64,000 nt of DNA from Podarcis muralis (Eukaryota): contig NC_135661.1 of NCBI RefSeq assembly GCF_964188315.1, forward strand, positions 50,344,001-50,408,000, given 5' to 3'. The notes beneath the pieces were generated by a model, which worked only from the letters and a program-made list of their open reading frames with translations, ran no database searches and was not told the DNA's origin. The position numbers and the translations under genes were made by a program. How positions within the stretch are numbered: position 1 is the first letter of the stretch; each line of letters opens with the position of its first letter. Below are positions 35,703-48,534 of this stretch, one piece after another.

Positions 35703-37804
35703 AGAGCCTAGGGATACCAAACCAGCACCCATGGGTGCACTTGCACCAACCAGCTAACACCTTCCTTGCTGCCCCAAGGAGGACCATTCTCCCCCTGCTG
35801 CAAGTTGATTTGTGAAAAAAGTAATCTATTCTCACCCCTTCCCGCCTTATTTTACCTCCACAACAACCCTATGAGGTAGGTTAAGCTGAGAGAGAGTGAC
35901 TGGCCACCAAAAAGCTTAACGGTTTAGAAGGGACTTGACCTCTGCTCTCCCAGGAGCCAACACCATGAATGGAAGCTTAAGCACCAAAACACCTTATTAG
36001 GACACCTACAATTTGGAACTTCCTCACCTTAAATATGAGACAGGCACTGTCTTGATTATATTTTTGGTGCCTATTAAAGATCTTCCTTTTCCAAACAATC
36101 CTCATTTTAAGTGGAGTTTTCTACCCCACTCTATACTGGACTTGAAATGTGTGTGTTTATCACTTTGGGATGTTTTGTGGGAAATGTTTCAGAATTAATT
36201 AAACTAACAATTCACCGTAGCTTGTGCAGCCTGACCCTATGCATGCAAGCCTTGTTGAGTTCAAGTGAGCCTAGGCACACTTTCTCCATGTGCAGGCAAG
36301 GCTGTATTAGATTTGCTTCTGAGTAAACATGCACCAGACCGCTTTCCAGCTTCTGTCTTTTTCTCTCCCCCTCCTTTCTGCATTACATGAGAGGGACAAT
36401 CCTGTGAAGTACGTTATGCTGAGAGACAATGATTGTCTCAGGGTTGCTCACTGAGCTTCATGGTTGAGTGTGGATTTGAACCTGGGTCTCCTTAGTCTTA
36501 GCACATCACTCTAATTGCTGCATCATATTGGTATAACCTTGTAATGCAATGTCTTTGAGAATTCCCCTCTTTCTAAGCAGAGATTTTATGTTTGTAGGTT
36601 AATTCATTGGCAAGTAGTTTGTCCTGCTAAAGCTATTGCATGTATATTCCCATAAGTAGTAACACAAGCCAACTTGGATATTGCTGACCAGGTAACCTAT
36701 CTGTCCCTTGACGCATGCGTTTGCTAAATATTTTCACTCTCAGACAATAGAGATTTGTATTCTTAAGCCTCTGCATTAATCTCAGGGACATGGAGACTCA
36801 AGTTCCCCTCCTACTGTGAAATGCATTTTATACCACACTCCAGTGTTGATGTTTTACCAAAAATTTAAAATGACCTTATTGTTTCCCACCCCATCCTAAC
36901 ATTCATGGGGAAATAAGGCAAAGAAGCTAATTAAGAAATAAAGATTTTGGTCTTCTGCACTTATGCCTGCTTTCCTTTCTAATAAAATATTTAAGCTAAA
37001 TTGAATTTAACTTAACTCGATGACTGTTTAACCTTAGCAGTCATCAGTTTACTGCAGTTATTTCCAGAGTGTTTTTTTTTTAATGGAAAAAAAAGCTTAA
37101 ACATCTTTGGCACTTTACCAAAAATGCTCTGGCATCCTCTCTTTGACTGTGAGTTTATAATTCCTGATTCACCGGTGCAATAGTTTAAGGAAAGCAATTT
37201 TACAATATTTTTCATTTATAAGAAAACAGATGGAGACGAACGTATCTGCAATTGGAGCTTGCTCAGTTTAATTTATTTCTCAGAGTAAAGTAAAAGATAA
37301 CTGTGAGGTTGGCACAAGCCAAATTCCATAATGGCATTGCTTGCAAATTATATATATATATATATATATTTGAGATTACTGTCATGGAGAGAAGCGATTC
37401 AGTGTCACTAAGGCATCCCCTTCCCCCACGCAGGCTAAACACTCTCCTTCTTCATTTCCAAATGCTGTCTTTCAAAGAAGAGCTACCCCACAAAGAGAAT
37501 TAAATTTAACCTCCTCTCTGCAACTTGCTGCAAAACAAACAAACTTCCTAAAGTGACATTTCCATTAGACTTGTGTCTCTTTGTTTTTTTAATGGGAGAG
37601 GGATGAAAATTACTGTCACATCGGCATATTGTGAAAATGTCATTTGCAGTGAGGAAAAATCCTCACATGCTGTATTAGTCTTCAGAGCCTTTCATTTCAT
37701 TCATTCTGACTAACACAGTAGGAAACTCACAGCCCATCAGGGACCTATTGAGGCAGGAACCATTGCGAGCTGCTTTTTTTAATTTTTTAGAAACAAAAAT
37801 GATG

Positions 37805-38010
37805 TTTATTTCCAATGTTTCCTCTAAAATGCTCAAGGTGGTGACTACAGTTCTTCCCCGACCCCCTTTTTAAAAAATCCTCACAACAACCCTCCAAGGT
37901 TGGTTAAACTGAGAGATGGTAATTGACCCAAACTCACCCACTCAAGGAATTTCATGGCTGAGTAGGGGGTTGAACCTGGGTTTCCTAATCTGACACTGCA
38001 CCACACTGCC
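37805..38010 (-). mobile_element. Old MIR/Ther1-like SINE (similar copies near 35.84-35.96 and 36.4-36.53 kb)
   Basis: atcctcacaacaaccct ... ttaaactgagagatgg ... tcatggctgagtagggggttgaacctggg. Confidence 0.7.
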
Positions 38011-40895
38011 TTTCAACATGTTGTCTTGAGAATGAATCTTGCTTTGCCAGATAATAGAGGAGATAAGAATAACATGAAGCCTGCAGCTTCTGGGTAAGGT
38101 AACCCTTTAGCCTCCTTTGGTCTCAAGGAGACAGAAGGGGACCCTCTCCCTGACTAGAGGGGGCCACAAAGCTTCTTTTTCTGCCATCTATATGCAGCTT
38201 TCTAGCCACACCCACTGCCTCCATTATCTTGCTCATGAGTAGGCCCACAAGCAGGTTACTGCTCATGAGGAAGCATTCAGCTAGGGTTGAATTTCCCAAA
38301 TTAGGCAGTCAGGATTATTGCCCAGGTGGAAAATCGCTGAGTGTCCTGGAAAATCCTGGGCGTACAGCAACCCATGTCGACTACTTTGCATCTCCATTTA
38401 CACAGATCAGGTAGGAGGTAAGATCTTTGCCTAAATCCACATAGAGCTGAAGAGACAGTGTTGGATTAGATAAACAAATGATATAAGGCAGCTTCCTTTT
38501 TCTCCCTTTGTTATAACACTAGAACACAGGTCGAGCACATCAGGCTGAATGTTGGAAAATTCAAGACAGCACAGAGTTGGACTATGGGGTCTGATCTGAC
38601 AAGAGCTAGTGATGCCCACCAGTTTGGATGGATTTAGAAGGGAGGCTTTGGCAGATGACGCTATCAGTGGCTACTAACCTTGAACCGAGAAGGGGTTAGG
38701 GTTTGGATTCCACATTCTAATATGTGTTTTAAAAAAAATACTCATTGGAGCCCTTGGCACCTTAAAGTTTATCTAGTTCTGGCTTAGAGACTTCTGGACA
38801 AGGACAGCATTGGCCAGAGCCAAATCTGAATCTGCTACAGACCAAACACAGACATTGAGGACCAAAGACAGAGGGAGCAGCATGAGAATGGACTAGCAAG
38901 GAATGAACCTACCACCCCCACCCCCACAACTACTCCAACATTCTGGAATTTTGCAGACAACCAGCTTGCTTGGTCTATTTCTGGGAGTAAGTTATTACTC
39001 CAAGTACTGAAAAGGCAGCATGTGTATATTCTCAAAATATTTTCTTGGGACCACTTTAGAGGTCACCTGCAGTGGCATGGTTGCTTGGCATTGCTTCCAA
39101 GCCATTCCAAGTTCCACCCATGTGGTTAAACTGAACTTGTATGCTTACACAGCATGGCAGTAAACGGGGGTTGGGTTATTTTTCATGTTATAAAAGCATG
39201 CATATGCCACTAAACCATGAGGGCGGAAGCCTTATACATTCCTGGAGTGGTGTGGGAGCAGTCGTGGAGGGGAAGCAACTATATGGGCACCAGATAATGT
39301 ATAAAGCAGCCTTGAGTGATTCAAAGTCAGGATCCTGGACCACTGCCAATTTGGGTGGCCAAGTGTCCTACATTACAAAGGCCAACCCTCTATTTGAAGG
39401 ACTGTCCAGTCCAAGTTCAGTTTCAAGATAGAGAATGAAAGGAAAGCAAAGCAGGGGCAACTTGAAGTTACCTGTCAACTGTTAGCCCCTGAACAACAGA
39501 CCAAGCAGGGGCATGGTTACAGTCTCTAAGATGTATAGTATTTCTACTGAAATTATAACCATTAGCAATTATTCCTTTGCACTGAGCTGCGTAAATCAGC
39601 ACATGCAAATTGTATGCAAATTTGCATGCTTTTTTGTGTATACCCCTTTTTGAGCTGAACTATATTTGTCCAGGAACTGTCTTCCTCGTTTCACCGCAGC
39701 ATCAGCTTTTATTGGTGACTATGGTGTTGAATTAATTTATCTCATATTTTTTATGATAAACACATCACATTAGAATAATACAAACATTATTGTGCAAATT
39801 AACATTGTAGTCCAAATTAATAGTCTGCATTATATTTACCAGGGAGTATGGAAAAAGGTCGTGTAGGAGGAGAGTCATATTATGGGCCCTGATTAATCAT
39901 GCTTCATTAGTGCAGACAGGAAGCCATAAAACAAAATTACATTTGTGAGTCAATTGCTGGAAGAAGCAGGGCCAGAGAGTTGTAGTACAAGAATGATCCC
40001 CTTTCCTCACTCTTTCTCCCAATGAAACACCTCTGGAACACTCTATAATTGACCATGAAAGAAGCTGCTTTAGATGGGAAGCAGATTAAAAGACTTAAGG
40101 AACTTGTTTGCAAAGCTCACCTCCTATCCATTCCACAGTATTCAGGAGCCAGGCTTGTGCATGAGTTAGGTTAGGTTGTATTAAATTCAAGAATTGCTTC
40201 CCACAACAAGAAGTCTGGAAGCAATTTAAGACAAACAAAATATAGCAATAAAAATCAATAAACGTACTGAAAACCCCACCAAATAAAAAAGAAAATCAAA
40301 TCATGGATGCTGTCCAAATGCCCAGGAAAACAAAAATGTCTTTTCCTGGTGCCAGAATGATGATGCCAGGCAGGTCTCCTTGGGGATAATATTCCATAGT
40401 TGGGAGCTACTACAGAAAAAGCCTATGGTTTCACCACCACCCTCTAGACATGCCTTGGAGGTGACATTCAGAGAAGAGCCTTAAAAGATGATCTTAGGAC
40501 CTGGGAAGGGTTATATGGAGAAAAGGCTGTCATATAGGTATAGGGGTCCCAAGATGTATAACACTTTAAAGGTCAAAACCAAAACTTTAAATTCAGCCTA
40601 GGAACAAATTGGTAGGCAGCACAGACAGGCCAGAACCAATGTTATAAGTTCAGGCCTTCGTGTCCCAGCTAAAAATCTAGCCACTGCATTCTACACTAGC
40701 TACTGAAGTGAATTGCTTGGTGGGGCAAAGCTGCTATGATGGCTTCCTGGCAGGTGGGTCACAGTTGCTTACTGGGAGAGGGGAGCACCAGGGAGGTTGG
40801 CATGGTCAAAATGGAAAAAAGATATATTTTGTAAAACATCATTCTCCGCTTATCTGGGAACCATGTTCAGTATACTCATCCTAGGTGACAAGGTG

Positions 40896-41087
40896 AAGGG
40901 CCATAGCTACATGGTAGAGCAACTGCTTTGCATGCAAAAGGTCCCAGTTTCAATTCCTTGGTATTTCCAAGTAAGGCTGGAAGAGACCTGTATCTGTAAC
41001 CTGGAGAGCCACTGCCAATTCAGCATAGACAGTACTGAGCTAGAAGGACCAATGGCCTCACTCAGCATAAGGCCATCTTCCTATGTG
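40896..41087 (+). mobile_element. tRNA-derived SINE (Squam2-like), full length
   Basis: aagggccatagctac ... gtagagcaactgctttgcatgcaaaaggtccc ... cagcataaggccatcttcctatgtg. Confidence 0.85.
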
Positions 41088-42039
41088 TGGCTATCTACAT
41101 GGTTACATCTCTCTTTCAGTATCTGGGAGTCTTTACACATCTTAGGTGGGCTCTTTAGCTTAAGCCATTTGGTGCTATACTGCATTTCATCTCAAAAGCC
41201 TTTACTGTGTTCTCTGGTGGTTATCCTTGTAGGAGATCTGTAACTGCTTTCCATCTGATGAACAGGAGGCCTTAAAAGTTCAGTGTGTTCTTGGTTTGGG
41301 GGCTGCTTGTCTTCCTTTCCTTTCCTTTTTTAAACGTGTCATCATGATATATGGGCATTGCACTCATTGTGGCTTGTCAGGCTAGATCAGGCTGCATCTT
41401 GTCACACAGAGAAACAAATGAAGGCAATATGACTGAGTTGCAGATACATATCACAGGCCATTATAAAGTTAATAAAAACTTTCTTTGATGGGAAGTGCAT
41501 TTGATGTGTTCTCTGAATGTGCCTCGGATCATGTTGCCTTCTCCCCCCGCCACAAGTCAGAATCTCCAAATCTTTCATTCTTCCATTTAAAGTACTTAAC
41601 TGGTTGAATTCCATGCTACTGAGGCATGCACCAAACCGCCCTGCCCCTGATTCCACCCCTCTCCTTTTTCTTCTCCCCACTGAGCAACAATGTTGTTGAG
41701 GATACTGCAGAAAAGCAAAACAAAATTCTAATGAAGGTGATATTGTAATAAAAAGAAGTATATTACAATGTTAACATTTATTAATATTAATGAGATTACT
41801 ATGGCTTCTTATTCATATCTGTATTAATTGACTCGACAACTGACAGAGGGAGCCTGAGAAAATGAATGCATAAGCAGGAAGTAGAGACAGCAACTCTTTG
41901 ACATTTATAGAAGGGAAGGGTGCCTCTTAAGTGTAAAAGATGAGTGAACTGGTTTTAGTGGGGGAAAGAGGGATCTGAAGGATGGACCAACCAGGATTGG
42001 AGGCAATGTGCCTCTGAATGCCACTTGCTGGGAGTGCTA

Positions 42040-42428
42040 GTGAGGATTCAGTTTGCATTTAAAGGTGAGCCTACCTAATTTGTACTTTCTGAAACAGTTT
42101 GTGAACCAAAAACACACACATCCTTCAAAATTCGAACTTCTCCGAATTTTTCCATGCAGTTCTCCAGCCAAGTAATGTATGCACAAATGCAAAAGCAAGT
42201 TTGAAAAGCATATATCACTGAAAATGACATATACAAATGCATTTAAATAGGCCAAATTGCATGCAATAAAGGAATTTAATAGGAGAAATTTGTACTAAAA
42301 TGCTGGTGAATTTTCGCGAGGCTTTCAAAAAGAATTGCAAACTGACGTGGAAATCTGGGGTACTGGATTTAAGATTGGGAAAATGAGAAACAAAGAAATC
42401 AAAGCTTGTCAAATTTGCCCATCCCCAG
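42040..42428. mobile_element. AT-rich non-autonomous DNA transposon (TAGGGATG family), near full length
   Basis: gattcagtttgcatttaaaggtgagcctacc ... ggagaaatttgtactaaaatgctg ... cccatcccc. Confidence 0.7.
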
Positions 42429-42574
42429 CTGCTATGTTATGCTGTTGTGTTATGTTATGCTCAGGTCCTGCTTGCAAGCTCCCTGTAGGCACCCAGTTGG
42501 CCATTGTGAGAACCGGATGCTGGACTAGATAGGCCTTTGACCTGATCCAGAAGGGCTCTTCCTATGCTATTATG

Positions 42575-42710
42575 ATTCATTTTTTAGAGTCACAGAACTG
42601 TAGAGTTGGAAGAGACTCTGAGGATAATCTAATCCAACCTCCTGCAATGCAGGAATATACAGCTGTCCCATATGGGGATCTAACCTGCAACCTTGGTTTT
42701 AATGCCAGTC
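42575..42710 (-). mobile_element. tRNA-head/CR1-tail SINE (family of the 13693 copy)
   Basis: cacagaactgtagagttggaagagactctgagg ... cctgcaatgcaggaatatacagctgtccc. Confidence 0.7.
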
Positions 42711-43813
42711 ACTCTTTTGATTTAGTTCACCTGATTCATACATTACTTATATATATGTATTTAAAAGAAGCATGAATTTTAGATGAGAATTTTCTATCTT
42801 GCAAATCAGGAGCAGGCAGATGTCAGGCTAGTGGGTTCCGTTTTGTCTTCAAGTGAGAACCACCAAACCTGGCCTGCTTCCAATTATTAATAATTAAATA
42901 ATTCTGAGAACAGGAATTTGTTCTGAGTACCAGAACTCAATGGAGCTCACAGTCTCACACATATATCTACTTCCAATTATCCCAAGTTTTCTTCATTTCA
43001 TCAAAATTTATGGTGACAGAGGGATGGTTGTTCTGCTGCTATTGTTAAAAAACCAGAAATCAGAAATCCTTGTCAACCACCCAGAAAATCTGGTCACAAC
43101 CACACTATACATTTAAAACACTCTTATACACCACTTCAACAGCAATGGAGAATCCTGGAAACTATGGCTTTCTAAGGGCGCTGGGAATTGTACATTTGTG
43201 AGGTGAGAACCCTTAACAAACTACAGTTCCCAGGATTCTCTGGGAGAAGCCATGACTGTTAAAGTGGTGTAAGAGTGCCTTAAATGTACTGTGCTGATGT
43301 GTACAGGGTGTATACAGGGCCCATGATCACACATACGTGCATTCTGTATGCATGTGGACTCTTTTGCATCATCACCTTCACATAAGTTTGTGTGAGTGGA
43401 AGCAGGGCCTGTGGGCATGATCCTCCTCTTGCCTCTGTTCAATTGAACATGTGAAAGGGGCTTCTATGTCTCCCAGTTCAAGCTGCATGATGCTATCTCC
43501 TGGCTGCCCCCACCTCAGTTGGGCACTGTGTTGCAAGGGCTGGAGAGATTCCCCCCAAATCAGGAAGCCATTATTGTTCATGATGAAACATCTGTCGACC
43601 TCTAAGATGAACATCAATTAATTTATGAGCAATTAACCCAACAAAGACTAGTACCCACCATTTTGCTCTGTTTCAGCAATCAACAAGGAGCTTATGTTAA
43701 AGTTACTACATAAGTAGTACCTCACACTGTGTAGGCTGTAATACTTGAACCTTGATTCCTTGCCGAATGTAGGCAGGGTTGCTAGGCAATAGGGACATAT
43801 TTACATCTATGGT

Positions 43814-44170
43814 AAAGTAAAGGTAAAGGTACCCCTGCCCGTACGGGCCAGTCGTGTCCAACTCTAGGGTTGTGCGCCCATCTCACTTAAGAGGCTGGGG
43901 GCCAGCGCTGTCCAGAGACACTTCCGGGTCACGTGACGAAGCTGCTCTGGCAAGCCAGCACCAGCGCAGCACACGGAAACACCGTTTACCTTCCCACCAG
44001 AGCGGTACCTATTTATCTACTTGCACTTAGGGGTGCTTTCGAACTGCTAGGTGGGCAGGAGCTGGGACCGAAAGACGGGAGCTCACCCCGCCGCGGGGAT
44101 TTGAACCACTGACCATGCGATCGGCAAGCCCTAGGCGCTGAGGTTTTACCCACAGCGCCACCCGCGTCCC
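43814..44170 (-). mobile_element. Sauria SINE, second subfamily
   Basis: aaaggtaaaggtacccctgcccgtacgggccagtcg ... cgccacccgcgtccc. Perfect TSD ttacatctatggt at 43801-43813 and 44171-44183. Confidence 0.95.
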
Positions 44171-44229
44171 TTACATCTATGGTGGGAATGTCCAAAAACC
44201 AAAGCTTTAAGGGTTATTGTTTTCTAAGT

Positions 44230-44445
44230 AATTGGATCAATTGTTTTTGGTTATACATACCCTGAAGATTACTGTATGCATTTTTTTTATACTTGCCTAG
44301 TTTTGGTCTTTGTTTGTGCTTGTGCCTGCCCCCCCCCCATTATGATATGATTTTTAAAAACTTGGTTGTGTGAATTATTGTGTAATTGATCTCATGTGTA
44401 GGATTTATCAAAACTCAATAAAAATCTATACAAAAGAGAAAATGA
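44230..44445 (+). mobile_element. Possible old L1-type 3'UTR and tail
   Basis: T-rich tract ending ctcaataaaaatctatacaaaagagaaaa. Confidence 0.4.
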
Positions 44446-45177
44446 AACAAAGAGATGCAGCAACATTATCTCTTTTACAAAAGCAAGAAGCAAACTGCTT
44501 TGAGCCTAGGGAAACGTACCAAAATTTCATTCTTAAACATACAACATTATTTCCTTTTTCAACCTTTGATTTATAGAATTGGGATAATTTCATTTCTCAC
44601 TGGTTTTTCAGAGGTTAAAGCATTTTAAGACGTTAAATAAATAATCTCAATAAGAATATTACAGAGAACTGGGCTATATTCTAGGGGAGCCAGGTTGTTC
44701 AGGAAAAAGGGAGTGGTCTTTGGAAAGTGTTTTGATTCTCACAGCACCTGAACTATGCTGTGCCTTGGTAACTGAAGCTTACAGGAAGTTTTGGATGAAG
44801 TTGTATAAGTACAACTACAGTATATATGCAATGCCTCTTATGTTTAATATATGCAACTTGCAAAAGTATGAAGTGGCCACAGCCTTCATTTTGCCAGCCA
44901 GTTGGATGGAGACAGATTTAAGAGAGATACCTCAAAAGGTGTTCTATTAAGCAAATTTACAGGGCTCAATGATTAATTATACCCATAATAATCCACTCCC
45001 ATAGCCACAGGCCCAAAGCGGCTATTACTCAGAATATAAATACCAGCCTCTTTCTCACAGGCAACTCAAGACACCATGGAGTCTGTATTAGTGAAAAACC
45101 CTTGGAAAACATTCAGTGACGTTCCCATCCATACTAATCTCAGGAATAAAATTACAGTCTGGAGCTGCATGGAAGGG

Positions 45178-45300
45178 AAGGGCCATGGCTCAGTGGCAGC
45201 GCATGTGCCTTCCGTGGAGGCTACCTCAGGTTAAATCTGAAGCATCTCCAGGGAGGACGAGGAAAAGAAGTGTCTCACCAGGTGAGGCAAAGCTGTTATG
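45178..45300 (+). mobile_element. Degenerate tRNA-derived SINE (Squam2-like)
   Basis: ggccatggctcagtggcagcgcat ... caggttaaatctgaagcatctccagg. Confidence 0.6.
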
Positions 45301-46979
45301 CTAGCTTCTTGGCAGGTGGGTCCCTGTTGCTTAGTGGGTAGAAAGGGGAGGCAGAGGGGAGGCTGGTGTGGTGTAAACACAGCAGCAGGGACGGCATATT
45401 GGCCTCACTAGTCTGTTTGCACCACGCCAACACACATTTCCATGCATGTTCTAAGAGTCATTGCCCACTCTCCTCTCAGGGATTTAACTTCTCATGTCTT
45501 CCAGGGGAGGGGAATGAAATCTGAACAACTCAAACACATAATGTATGCACATTAACCTTATTTCTGAAAATGGTATCCCAGCATGGCCACAAAATGCCAA
45601 ACTGGGACATTGTCTTAGCAGAAACAGGTGCCAGAAAGTGGGGGTTATCCCTGGGAAATAGGAGAGAGTTGGGAGCATACATCTACATATGTGCCAGTCC
45701 CACCCCGCAGGAAGTATTTAGCTCCAGATTCTTCCAGATGTTTTGCAGGATGATTCAAACTCACAGCAAGTTTCCCTCTGGGCAATATTCAGTGGCAACT
45801 ATAGGCAAGAAATTACCATTGCCAAGAAACTCTGGTTATAGGGAATGAGCTTTCTACTGTGGAATCTGCCTTTAGCCTTTGGAGCATGGTAGTGCAATTA
45901 GGCTCATAACCAGAAATGCGGTGGCAAGAGGAGGTCTAAGGGTGTCTGGGGGTGGAGTGAGGTAAAGCAAAGCAAAGAAGTAAGAATCTAAACATCCAGA
46001 GCTTAATAAAGTTATTTATCCATTTAGTTGTTACCTGGATAAATTGCTCCCTCCAGAAGGAGCCCAGGGTGATGTACAATAAAAGATTAAAAACAACCAT
46101 ATGCCTCAAATAGATAAAATAGAAAAGAATGAAGCCATTAAAGCACAGAATTCAGTTGCAGCCATTGGTTATTAACCCAGCAGCATTTCATTCTCTAAAA
46201 AGCCAGAGTAAACAAGGAAATCTTCAGGTGGTGTATGAATGTAAAAAATGAAGAGTTAAAGCAAATGCAACTCCTGGGGGGAGGTGTTCCGATGTCAGGG
46301 GGCCAGGACAAAGAAGACCCTGTCACACCATTTGAACCATAAATCCTAGTGGAGTCCACAGCAGAGTATCCTCCCCACCTGACCTTAGGGATTGGGTTGG
46401 CTGGTATTGGAGGAAGCATCCTGCAACTACTGGGACCCTAAGCTCTTTAGGCTTCACAAACCAACACCTTGAGTCAGTCTGGTTCCACACAGCCACTTAT
46501 GTCCCTGCTTTCCATATTGAGTAAATGTAGTTTAGAAAATGTAAAACGACATGTCTAGTGACTATCAGTTGTCTCAGTCCCTTTGTATTCATTAGCTGGA
46601 GCAATGGAAGATTTTCGCCGTAGAACCAAAAAACAACATGGCTAATTAGGTCCCTTAACCTGGCAATTGGGTAGAATTGCTTCACAAATAAAAGTTTCAG
46701 CACTTAAAAGAAAGATAATAAGGCTAAAGCAACTAACTCCTCCATGAGGAAAAGTTACGTTTAGGGCTTTTTAGCTTAACAGAGCAAGAAAGGCAACTCA
46801 CCACCTGGCCCAGGGTGGGGCCTGACAGGCCTATAGGAACTGCTGCTGCAGCTACCACCCAGGAGGACTCCCCTGCTCAGCACCTGGGGGCCCAGTCCTG
46901 CTACTCACCACCTGGCCCAGGGCGGGGCCTGATGGGCTCTATAGGGGACAGCTGCCGCTGTTGCTGCTGGGCAGAGAGG

Positions 46980-47240
46980 GCTCCATTTTGTTTTGTTTTT
47001 GTTTTTTGTTTAAATTGCTGTTATTTTTTACCGATTTCATTTTAAACTGTGATAGTAATGCTGTATTCTTAGTTTTGATTTATGTGGAAATTGTTCCCCA
47101 TTTGGTTGTGTATTTTTTTGATGCGGTTTATTTATTGTGTAAGACTTTTGTAATTATGTAAATCTTGTTATGCTGTAAGCTGCCTTGAGCATTGTTTTTT
47201 TAACTGTGGAAAGGCGGCATACAAATAAAAAATGATGATG
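46980..47240 (+). mobile_element. L2-like LINE 3' end
   Basis: tgtaagctgccttgagc ... ggaaaggcggcatacaaataaa followed by a (tga)n tail. Confidence 0.6.
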
Positions 47241-47257
47241 AAATGATGATAATGGGT

Positions 47258-47455
47258 GGGGACATGACAGAGGTGTATATAATTATGCATAGTGTGGATA
47301 AAGTGAGCAGGGATGTATTTTTGTCCCTCTCTGAAAATCCGAGAACCTGTGAGATTCAAGACAGGCAAAAGGAAGTACTTCTTCACACAGTTAAACATAG
47401 GATTTACTACCACAAGATGCAGTGCGGGTCACCAACTTGGACTGCTTTAAAAAGG
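47258..47455 (+). mobile_element. CR1/L3-like LINE fragment
   Basis: gggacatgacagaggtgtatataattatgcat ... agattcaagacaggcaaaaggaagtacttcttcacaca. Confidence 0.65.
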
Positions 47456-48281
47456 GACAATTTATTTATGACATTTATATCCTGTCCTTCCTCTCAAAGG
47501 AGCCCAGGGCAGCAAACACACACACACAAATTTAAAAAGTAAGATAAAAACAAATTTAAAACGTTTGAAAACTGTTAAAAACTTCCGAAAGCAAGAAAAA
47601 CGCAATAAAGCATCCAAGGCAAATTTAAGAACAGGCATAACCGAAACATACAGAGATGTTTTCTGCAGGTGTCTGAAAATAACAATGGTGGTGATTGCCT
47701 AGTGTCAATAAGCAGGGACTTCGAAAGGACAGGGGCTGCCACACTAAAAGAATGATTCCTTACAAGTGAAGAGCAAACATTGTGTGGCACTTGAAAAGTG
47801 GAACATCAGTCAAATTAATTGAGGACTAGTACCAATGGCTACTAGTCTTGATGACTATAAGTCTATAATACCTCCAGTATGAAAGATGGTTTGCCTCTGA
47901 ATACCAGTTGCAGGAGAACAAGAGCAGGAGCAGTGCTGTTTTTCAAGACAAAATGGTGCTGGAATGCACCTCCCTCAGAAGACTTACCCTAGAGTCCAAA
48001 GAGGATGTATTTGGGCTGGGGGGTAGGTCTCCTTGCCAGCCAGAGGGTAGTTGAGGCTGCTCAGCTGAGGTGAACGGAGCCTTCCTTGCCTGAGCTGGGC
48101 TGCTTAAAGCCCCCCCCCACCTTGTGTGAACTGGAACAGCTGGGGGCTTGCTCAGCTGAGGCACAGCTTCCCTGTGCATCAGCTGTTAGCTGGGTGGTTG
48201 AAGAGCCTCAGCAAAGCCCCGCTGTGCCTCCAACTCATGAGGAGACCCTCTCTGGAGCCCATAGAGGATGTCCCCTTAGAG

Positions 48282-48534
48282 CATGGGTAGGCAAACTAAA
48301 GGCCCGGGGGGTCGGTTCCGGCCCAATCGCCTTCTAAATCCGGCCCGTGGACGGTCCAGGAATCAGCGTGTTTTTACATGAGTAGAATGTGTCCTTTTAT
48401 TAAAAATGCATCTCTGGGTTATTTGTGGGGCATAGGAATTTGTTCATATTTTTTCCCCAAAATAAAGTCCGCCCCCCCACAAGATCTGAGGGACAGTGGA
48501 CCGGCCCCCTGCTGAAAAAGTTTGCTGACCCCTG
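48282..48534. mobile_element. hAT (Charlie/OC1-like) MITE with perfect 8-bp TSD
   Basis: ccttagag|catgggtaggcaaact ... agtttgctgacccctg|ccttagag, with the TSD at 48274-48281 and 48535-48542. The sub-terminal sequence resembles OC1-type elements as I recall them. Confidence 0.85.
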
